Shown: positions 9,387 through 16,781 of the stretch, one piece after another
Layout: the number at the start of each line of letters is the position of its first letter
How positions within the stretch are numbered: position 1 is the first letter of the stretch
Source of the DNA: an uncultured Flavobacteriales bacterium
Lineage (GTDB): Bacteria; Bacteroidota; Bacteroidia; Flavobacteriales; BACL11
Reading direction: 5' to 3'
Assembly (NCBI GenBank): GCA_905479165.1
Contig: CAJQLK010000016.1
Span: forward strand, 1 to 40,329
DNA length: 40,329 nucleotides
Program-made: the position numbers and the translations under genes
The notes under the pieces: generated by a model
Told to the model about the DNA's origin: nothing
What the model saw: the letters and a program-made list of their open reading frames with translations, nothing else
Databases searched by the model: none

Positions 9387-11092
9387 TGAAAAAAATATAT
9401 TTATACTATTTATCATTCCTAATGTTATTCCCAATACTTGCTCAATCACAAGTTAAATCAAAACTATGGTATGATGGTAATGCTAGAGTTATGTATAATA
9501 GGGACGCATTAGAAGGTACTTTAAAAGAAACAGATACTGTATCAACAAGAAGTAATGGAGGGGGTTTTACTATCCTAGATTTAGGTTTTCATTTTACGCC
9601 AGTTGACGATATTGAAATTTTTTCTGAGATAAGATTAAAAAATGATTTTGGAGGAATGTGGGGAAATAAGAGTTTTGTTGAGTTAAGAAGATTGTCTGCT
9701 AAAGGAGCCGTTAATAATAAAATTGCATTTAGTATTGGGGATATTTATTTAAAACAAACTAAGTTTACCTTATATAACTATGAACAGGAGCTATCAGAAT
9801 ATGAGCCTTCAGTTTTTAAATTTTATAGAGATTATGTGAATTATGAAAATTATTATCAATCTAATTATCACAGGTTGCAAGGATTGCAGACTAATTTCAC
9901 TTACAATATGTATAATTTTATTGAGCAACTTGATTTTGATGGCTTTACTGCAAGAATACGAGGCCTAGAATGGTTGGGGAAGCCAGAATTATTAATGCTT
10001 GGTGGTTCTGCAGTCGTTAAATTAAGCAATAAGATAAATTTGGGTTCACATTATGTAAATACATTTGAAGTTTTGTCTTCAAGTAATGGAACAGTTGCGT
10101 ATTATAATCCGGTTTTTAATACACAAATATCTTATTCTGGTTTAGTAAATGATAATCCATATAAAATGTTTTTAGAAGGGGGATTCTCTAAAAGAGGGTG
10201 GGATGGCGATTTATTAGCTCCTGAGATAAAAGGATATTTTACGAAAGCATCAATTCATTCAAAAATTAAAAAAGGGGAGATTAACCTTGGTCTCAGATAT
10301 GTTGATACTGATTTTAGAAGTATAGGGGCCCAAACAAGAAGAATCAATTATAATACAACGACTTCTACATATCCTTATTATTCTAATAATTATACGCAAA
10401 GGAAAGTAAGCTTATTAGATATTATGTCTGCCCCTAATGTTTATAATCAAAATCTGTCAACTTCATTAATGAACTATAACCCAATGTATAGCTGTGTTTC
10501 TCCATATGGAGACGCTACACCAAATAGAATTGGGATCACTGCTGAGGTTAATAATTTTAATTTAACGGACTATCTAAGTGTTAAATTTCAAGCACAGCAT
10601 CTTTCTGAGATTATTGGTCAAGGAACAACTAATAAGAGAAGTTTTAATAAATCTGCTTTACACTCTTTACTATCTTTAGATAAATTATTATCTCTTAAAA
10701 ATAGTTTTGACCTTGAAGGAAGTATAAATCTTGAAACTGTAAAAAGAGATGGTGAAGATTTTGAAAAGATTGATTTTAACAGCATATTATATAGTGGTTC
10801 AATCTCTTATGAGTTGATCAAGAATCTTAAAATAATTGCTGGAGCTAAAGTATTTTATGCTGAGGGTAATGAGTTTATAGCTGAAAGAGATGTTTATGAT
10901 CAGATTAATGATTATTCAAATAATACTTATGACAGTAAAGAGACTATTTTAATAGGAGGAATACAACATCATTTCACAGATGATATTTATTTTACAATGC
11001 AATACAATCAATTTAATGTTTTAGACAAAACAAGTACCTATGATGAATTTTCTATGGGTAGATTAATCTTTATGTTTAATATGAATTTATAA
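9386..11092 (+). CDS. Uncharacterised protein, predicted outer-membrane beta-barrel (barrel B)
   Basis: Signal peptide (AQS-Q), alternating hydrophobic strands (LDLGFHF, INLGLRY, GSISYEL, IYFTMQY), ends RLIFMFNMNL; TGATG overlap with barrel A. Confidence 0.65.
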   Translation: MKKIYLYYLSFLMLFPILAQSQVKSKLWYDGNARVMYNRDALEGTLKETDTVSTRSNGGGFTILDLGFHFTPVDDIEIFSEIRLKNDFGGMWGNKSFVELRRLSAKGAVNNKIAFSIGDIYLKQTKFTLYNYEQELSEYEPSVFKFYRDYVNYENYYQSNYHRLQGLQTNFTYNMYNFIEQLDFDGFTARIRGLEWLGKPELLMLGGSAVVKLSNKINLGSHYVNTFEVLSSSNGTVAYYNPVFNTQISYSGLVNDNPYKMFLEGGFSKRGWDGDLLAPEIKGYFTKASIHSKIKKGEINLGLRYVDTDFRSIGAQTRRINYNTTTSTYPYYSNNYTQRKVSLLDIMSAPNVYNQNLSTSLMNYNPMYSCVSPYGDATPNRIGITAEVNNFNLTDYLSVKFQAQHLSEIIGQGTTNKRSFNKSALHSLLSLDKLLSLKNSFDLEGSINLETVKRDGEDFEKIDFNSILYSGSISYELIKNLKIIAGAKVFYAEGNEFIAERDVYDQINDYSNNTYDSKETILIGGIQHHFTDDIYFTMQYNQFNVLDKTSTYDEFSMGRLIFMFNMNL

Positions 11093-11096
11093 TATT

Positions 11097-12098
11097 ATGA
11101 AAAACTTAAAATTTCTTTTAATGGCTTTACCTTTCATTTTCACCTCTTGTGAGAAAGATAAAATAGAAGGGCCTAGTTTAAATAATTTGTATGGAGAATT
11201 ATCTATACTGGAATCTTTAAATGTAGTTGGTGATGGTGCTGACTTTAGTGTTGGTGAAAATATTTATTTTACTGCATCTTTCTCCAAGCAGGTTGATTGG
11301 CAAATAAAAATAAAGGGACTAAATTCTGGTTCTGTAAAAATTATTTATGGAAAATCAGATGTAATAAATCAATCTAATTCTACATGGGATGGAGGTTCTA
11401 CACAATTACCTTTCTTTATAGCTGAAGATTGTGAAGTGGAGCTAACATTTGATATGCATGATGACACTATTTATAAACAGCTAAATATTAAAGGAGAAAA
11501 AGAATATAATGATGAAAGCACAGTATTAATTGCTGATTTTGAAAATGGATTTAATCCTAATTTTACTGGATTTTTTCAAGCGGGATGTACTAAGGCATTA
11601 ACAATAGGAGGAGCCGGTCAAGGAATCAATTTTTTACAGCAGTTTGGTACTTGTGATTGGGATTGGTTAATTGGGTATATTGATTATTACTCAAATTTTT
11701 GGTACGATCAACAAGAGCTATTAAATGATCCAAGCCAAGTATATTTTAATATAATGATAAATGGTGATAGCACGATTTCTCAAGTGTCTAATGTGCCGAA
11801 TTCATTATTTAAGCTAGAATTTTATGAGGATGAAAATGGAGATGGCTATTATGATGCAAATACTGAAGACAGGTACGATTATGAATTTGATGTAGACTGG
11901 AATGGATGGAGAATGGTTTCAGTATGTTATAATGATGTAGAGAAATTAGTTCTGGCTAGTAGTGGAGGAAATGCTGTTAGAAATCCATCAAAGATATCAA
12001 ATGTCAGAACATTACTTTTAGCAAATCCTGAATCTGGATTTGCAAAAGCAGATGTGGATTTTTTAATTTGGAGTATTGGTAAACCACTTTTGAATTAA
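11097..12098 (+). CDS. Lipoprotein with Ig-like N-domain and CBM-like jelly-roll C-domain (putative surface glycan-binding protein)
   Basis: Lipobox FTSC followed by EKDK (surface-export-like signal); LIADFE...VDWNGWRMVSV...DVDFL resembles CBM11/galactose-binding-like folds; DENGDG Ca-binding-like loop. Confidence 0.65.
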   Translation: MKNLKFLLMALPFIFTSCEKDKIEGPSLNNLYGELSILESLNVVGDGADFSVGENIYFTASFSKQVDWQIKIKGLNSGSVKIIYGKSDVINQSNSTWDGGSTQLPFFIAEDCEVELTFDMHDDTIYKQLNIKGEKEYNDESTVLIADFENGFNPNFTGFFQAGCTKALTIGGAGQGINFLQQFGTCDWDWLIGYIDYYSNFWYDQQELLNDPSQVYFNIMINGDSTISQVSNVPNSLFKLEFYEDENGDGYYDANTEDRYDYEFDVDWNGWRMVSVCYNDVEKLVLASSGGNAVRNPSKISNVRTLLLANPESGFAKADVDFLIWSIGKPLLN

Positions 12099-12101
12099 TT
12101 A

Positions 12102-13343
12102 ATGTACAAGTTTTTAATCATATTACTATTTCTTTTTTCATGTACAAATATGAAAGAAGTGTCTTTGTATGAAAATCCTCCTGCTATTTGTGATGTTAAT
12201 TACCTAAATGGATTTACTTCTACTGAGATTTTCAGTAAAGGTGGTACAGATGAGGTTTGGGGAAATAAAGATGAAGAATGTAATCCATTTAGTTTTTCAT
12301 CACTTGATGCAAGTATAGATTATACTTTTGTTAGTACATCTTCAGAAAAATTAGAAGAAACAATTAAAGTTGATGCTAAATATGATTTACAAGTAGTTAA
12401 AGTAAAAGATAAAAGGGGGATTGAGAAAAATTCTCTTCATATAAAAACAGATAAGCCTACAACTTGTGAGTGGATTGGTATGGGAATTGGTTGGGATGGT
12501 TGGCAAGGAAAAGATTTAAGTGGTATTATGAGTAATGCTGCTATTGAATTTATGGCTAGGGTTGATGGAGATCCAATTCACAATATTCCAATTGTATTCG
12601 TTTTAGAAGATTATTATGCTAATCAATGCTATGCTACAGCAGGTTATTTAGGTATTGAAGGAGGTAAGGTTACAAAAAAATGGACAAGAGTAATTGTTCC
12701 GCTACCTACTTTCTCTTATCAAACTAATAATATTGATTTAACAAATATTAAGCAATTACTATTACAATGTTACGATAAGGTTGATATATATATTGATGAC
12801 ATGAAAATTATTCCTCATGAGCATAATTATAAAAAGATATCATCTTCTCTTTTTGTACAAGAAACGGAACTTCCAATAAATATATTCTCAGAAGAATTAA
12901 ATTCAGCATGGGGAATAAGCAATGATTATTGTGGAAATATAAAACTTAGTTCGGATGTAAATTATTCTGGAGGAAAATTTATTGATATCGATATTGACAA
13001 GACTAAATGTAATTGGAAGGAATTTGGTATTAGTTGGAATGATTGGCTATATACAGATTTAAGTAGTAGTATATATGGAGTATATTTTGAGTTTGATGTC
13101 AAATTAGATGAATATCAAAAAACTAAAATTTCAATTGAAGATTATAATGGAAAGAAGATGAAAATAGATTTAGCAAAATACATTAACATTTCAAATAATG
13201 ATAAATGGCAGAAGATTAGAATTCCAATGAAGAAATTTCCAATTAGAGAATCAACTATTGATTTAAAAAGAATAAAAAATATAGTTTTTGCTTTTGAAGA
13301 TAAAGCAAAACTAAAAATTGACAACATTAAATTAACTAATTAA
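12102..13343 (+). CDS. Lipoprotein with two tandem CBM-like (galactose-binding-like) domains
   Basis: Lipobox LFSC; internal duplication CEWIGMGIGWDGW..DLS...WTRVIVPL..F...IDLTNIK...IYIDDMKI versus CNWKEFGISWNDW..DLS...WQKIRIPM..F...IDLKRIK...LKIDNIKL. Confidence 0.65.
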   Translation: MYKFLIILLFLFSCTNMKEVSLYENPPAICDVNYLNGFTSTEIFSKGGTDEVWGNKDEECNPFSFSSLDASIDYTFVSTSSEKLEETIKVDAKYDLQVVKVKDKRGIEKNSLHIKTDKPTTCEWIGMGIGWDGWQGKDLSGIMSNAAIEFMARVDGDPIHNIPIVFVLEDYYANQCYATAGYLGIEGGKVTKKWTRVIVPLPTFSYQTNNIDLTNIKQLLLQCYDKVDIYIDDMKIIPHEHNYKKISSSLFVQETELPINIFSEELNSAWGISNDYCGNIKLSSDVNYSGGKFIDIDIDKTKCNWKEFGISWNDWLYTDLSSSIYGVYFEFDVKLDEYQKTKISIEDYNGKKMKIDLAKYINISNNDKWQKIRIPMKKFPIRESTIDLKRIKNIVFAFEDKAKLKIDNIKLTN

Positions 13344-13354
13344 AACTATAACCT

Positions 13355-14704
13355 ATGAAAATTAAAACATTTATATTACTAATTTTAACACTTCCTCTTT
13401 TCTGCTCATCACAAATCCTCTGGGATGATTTTGAGCAAACACGTGTTGGTTATTATGAATTTACACATGGTGGGATGACAACTAGATTTGAGAATCCTGA
13501 CCCATCAAGTGTAGTAAACAGTTCTGAACTTTGTGCTCAATATGTCAGAAACCCTGGAGAATCATATGATGTTTTGGTTATAGTAGCTAATGGACCAATT
13601 AATGACGTGAGCAACTATGTAAATGGAACAAAACAGATGAGTGTAGATGTTTTTAGTCCAGCACCAGGAATACCTGTACAAATTACATTAGAGGACTCTT
13701 CTCTGGCTGGAGCAACAAATTATCCAACTGGTAGACATAGTATCTATTTAGGCGTAACAACTCTTACAAATGAGTGGGAAACAATAGACTTAACATTTAA
13801 TTCAAAGCCTGATCCTAGTATGTCTGATGTAGGTTTAAGTTCAGTTATTTTGTTGTTTAATAGCAATACAAATACAGATGATACTTATTATTTTGATAAT
13901 TTATATGGCCCTGAATTTGACAATCAGTGTGATGGTTTTTTAATAGAACCTTCAGTTAACTTTGCAGATTGGGACTGTAATTGGAATTTAGGAATTTGCC
14001 CATCAGCCACACCTTGTTCTTCTTATGATTATGTAAGCGGTTGGCTAAATCAAAGTTATAATCCTGATAACACAACTATAAATACAAGTAAGTATAGTGG
14101 TGAATACACAAGAAACCCTGATGGAAATGGAGAAGATGTTCTGATTGCGTATTTTAAAAATGGAGCATTAGACCTTAATACAAATACACAATTTAACTTT
14201 AAACTTTATGGTCCTCCAAGGCCAATATATATGTCTTTTCAGGATGCAAATAGCAATGAGATTTATGCTTATAATTCTGTCCTTTCATCTAATAACCAAT
14301 GGGAACAATTCTCTGTTGATTTAACTGGTGTTGCTACACAGAGTATTTCTCGTTTTGTTTTATTTTTTGATCAATCTGTAGTTAACTGGGATATGTATTA
14401 TTTAGATGATTTGAATTTATCTTCAACTACTTCACTTGTTCGGGATATAAATGATTCAGAGTTAATAAATGTTTATCCTCAACCTGCAATAGATGATTTA
14501 AATATTAATATTAAACTAAGTAATAATGATGTGAGTAGAATAGATTTATATGATACTAAAGGTAAAGTATTATTAACAAATGTTGTAAATCAAAATTCTA
14601 ATAATATTAACTTAGATGTTTCTGAACTTAATCCTGGAATTTATTTTCTTAAGGTTCAATCAGAAAATAATTTGTACACTAAGAAAGTTCAGATAATTAA
14701 ATAA
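13355..14704 (+). CDS. T9SS-secreted protein with two tandem CBM-like domains, non-catalytic
   Basis: Duplicated NPD..(V/I)N.S....Y.RNP...DVL...N.WE...YY(F/L)D(N/D)L; C-terminal VYPQP...GIYFLKV...KKVQI T9SS domain. Confidence 0.75.
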   Translation: MKIKTFILLILTLPLFCSSQILWDDFEQTRVGYYEFTHGGMTTRFENPDPSSVVNSSELCAQYVRNPGESYDVLVIVANGPINDVSNYVNGTKQMSVDVFSPAPGIPVQITLEDSSLAGATNYPTGRHSIYLGVTTLTNEWETIDLTFNSKPDPSMSDVGLSSVILLFNSNTNTDDTYYFDNLYGPEFDNQCDGFLIEPSVNFADWDCNWNLGICPSATPCSSYDYVSGWLNQSYNPDNTTINTSKYSGEYTRNPDGNGEDVLIAYFKNGALDLNTNTQFNFKLYGPPRPIYMSFQDANSNEIYAYNSVLSSNNQWEQFSVDLTGVATQSISRFVLFFDQSVVNWDMYYLDDLNLSSTTSLVRDINDSELINVYPQPAIDDLNINIKLSNNDVSRIDLYDTKGKVLLTNVVNQNSNNINLDVSELNPGIYFLKVQSENNLYTKKVQIIK

Positions 14705-15969
14705 TGAGATTCAATTTCCTTTTACTCGCTATACTTATTAGTAGCTTCTGTTTTTCACAGATAAAAGATATTCAAAAAACAGAAATCATTAGAACTAATG
14801 ATGGATTTCAGTTGTTAAGAAATGGAATGCCATATTATGTAAAAGGAGCCGGGGGTACAGAATATCTTTCTTTACTTAAATCGATAGGAGGAAATTCAAT
14901 AAGAACATGGAGTACGGGTGATGCTCAAAAAATTCTGGATGATGCATATGCTAATGGAATAAGCGTTTGTATTGGATTATGGGTAGGGCACGAGAGACAT
15001 GGATTTAATTATAATGATGAATATGCCATAACTGCACAATTAAAGGCATTTGAACAAGATATTATAAAATATAAAGATCATCCTGCTTTATTAATGTGGG
15101 CTATAGGAAATGAAGTAGATCTATTTTATAAAAATTTCAGGGTATGGAATGCAATTGAAGATATTGCTAAGATGATAAAAGAGATAGATCCAAATCATCC
15201 AACAATGACAGTAACTGCAGGAATAGATCCAGCAGAAGTTTATATGATAAAAACTTATTGTCCAAGTATTGATATTTTGGGTGTTAATACTTATGGAGGA
15301 GTACAGCATCTTTCTGACGCAGTTAGAATGTTCGGTTGGGATAAGCCTTATATGGTAACAGAGTGGGGCCCGTATGGGCACTGGGAATCACCTATGACAT
15401 CTTGGGGAGTTGCTATTGAGTCAACGAGTAAAGAAAAAGCAAATTTTAGAGATATAGCGTATAAGTCTATAAGTAAGGATGTAGATTTATGTTTAGGGAG
15501 CTATGCTTTCTTATGGGGGTATAAACAAGAACAAACACCAACATGGTATGGTCTTTTTACAAAAGAAGGAAATGCAACTCAAAGTATTGATGTGCTAAAT
15601 AATTCTTGGGGGAATAATTATAGAAATAGAGCTCCAATTCTTCATTCTTTTTTATTAAATAATAAAGATAAGAAAGAAAGTGTAAAAATAAAAAGAGGTA
15701 AGAACTGTGTTTTTACATATGAAGTTACTGACCCTGATAATGATAGTTTAAGTTATGAGTTTAAATTAATGCCTGAGAGTACAGACAAGAAATCTGGAGG
15801 GGATTTTGAAAAAACTCCAGAGCCCATATCTTTTATAATTGTTGAAAATTCAGATGATAAATTAATTATAAAAGGACCTTTAAAGTCAGGCCCTTATAGA
15901 TTTTTTATTTATGTTCGTGATTCTAATAAAAATGTAGCTACTGCAAACATTCCATTTTATGTTAAATGA
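14704..15969 (+). CDS. Clan GH-A TIM-barrel glycoside hydrolase, GH158-like endo-beta-1,3-glucanase (often auto-annotated as GH2 TIM barrel)
   Basis: NGMPYYVKGAGG, GGNSIRTW, HPALLMWAIGNE (acid/base E137), PYMVTEWGP (nucleophile E220), GSYAFLW, C-terminal Ig-like domain; signal peptide. Confidence 0.8.
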   Translation: MRFNFLLLAILISSFCFSQIKDIQKTEIIRTNDGFQLLRNGMPYYVKGAGGTEYLSLLKSIGGNSIRTWSTGDAQKILDDAYANGISVCIGLWVGHERHGFNYNDEYAITAQLKAFEQDIIKYKDHPALLMWAIGNEVDLFYKNFRVWNAIEDIAKMIKEIDPNHPTMTVTAGIDPAEVYMIKTYCPSIDILGVNTYGGVQHLSDAVRMFGWDKPYMVTEWGPYGHWESPMTSWGVAIESTSKEKANFRDIAYKSISKDVDLCLGSYAFLWGYKQEQTPTWYGLFTKEGNATQSIDVLNNSWGNNYRNRAPILHSFLLNNKDKKESVKIKRGKNCVFTYEVTDPDNDSLSYEFKLMPESTDKKSGGDFEKTPEPISFIIVENSDDKLIIKGPLKSGPYRFFIYVRDSNKNVATANIPFYVK

Positions 15970-15987
15970 TTTTAAAAACTAAATTAT

Positions 15988-16674
15988 ATGTCTCCATTAA
16001 ATTTATCTATTGACTGTGTTGTATTAGGATTTGATGAAGATCAAAAATTAAAAGTATTATTAATAAAAAAGTTTATTAATGATAGAAATGATGATCAGTT
16101 TGCACTACCTGGTGATTTAGTTGGCCTTAATGAAGACCTTTTAGCTGGAGCACAAAGGATATTAAATAGTTTAACTTCAATAGATAATTTATTTTTAGAA
16201 CAATTCTCAGTTTTTGGAGATCCTGAAAGAACAAGACAAAAAAAAGATCAATCTTGGCTTAAAATGTATAGAAAGAAGCCTAAGGAGAGAGTTGTGACAG
16301 TTGGATATATTGCTTTAGTAAAGATGGAAGATTATGAGCCTCATGCATCTTCATTTGCTATTGATACAGAATGGGTTGAGTTAAATAAAGTTTCTGATGA
16401 ATTAGCATTTGATCATAATTTAATTTTACATGATGGAATTAAATATTTAAGGAATCAATTAGATCATGAATTGGTCACTAATTTATTACCATCAAAATTT
16501 ACTTTGTCTCAATTACAAAATTTGTATGAAATACTATTAGATCAGAAATTAGATAAAAGAAACTTTAGGAAGAATGTATCTAAAGATGCTTTAATAATTA
16601 AAACAGATGAAAAACAAAAAGGTGTTGCTCATAAGCCTGCACATCTATACACTTATAATAATAGTGAGAATTAA
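15988..16674 (+). CDS. NrtR/AraR-family transcriptional regulator (degenerate Nudix domain + winged HTH)
   Basis: SIDCVVLGF, FALPGD, LEQFSVFGDPER, LAFDH, KFTLSQLQNLYE, LDKRNFRK, HKPAHLY. Confidence 0.9.
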   Translation: MSPLNLSIDCVVLGFDEDQKLKVLLIKKFINDRNDDQFALPGDLVGLNEDLLAGAQRILNSLTSIDNLFLEQFSVFGDPERTRQKKDQSWLKMYRKKPKERVVTVGYIALVKMEDYEPHASSFAIDTEWVELNKVSDELAFDHNLILHDGIKYLRNQLDHELVTNLLPSKFTLSQLQNLYEILLDQKLDKRNFRKNVSKDALIIKTDEKQKGVAHKPAHLYTYNNSEN

Positions 16675-16703
16675 ATAGAGAATCTTTCAAATAAAATGTA
16701 TTT

Positions 16704-16736
16704 AACAAACCCACTCAAATGAGTGGGTTTGTTTTT
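16704..16736. terminator. Rho-independent terminator between convergent regulator and pepF
   Basis: AACAAACCCACTCA-AA-TGAGTGGGTTTGTT followed by TTT. Confidence 0.85.
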
Positions 16737-16781
16737 GGTAGACCTACCGGTATTCTAACTGAGATTATTTTTTACTGAGAT

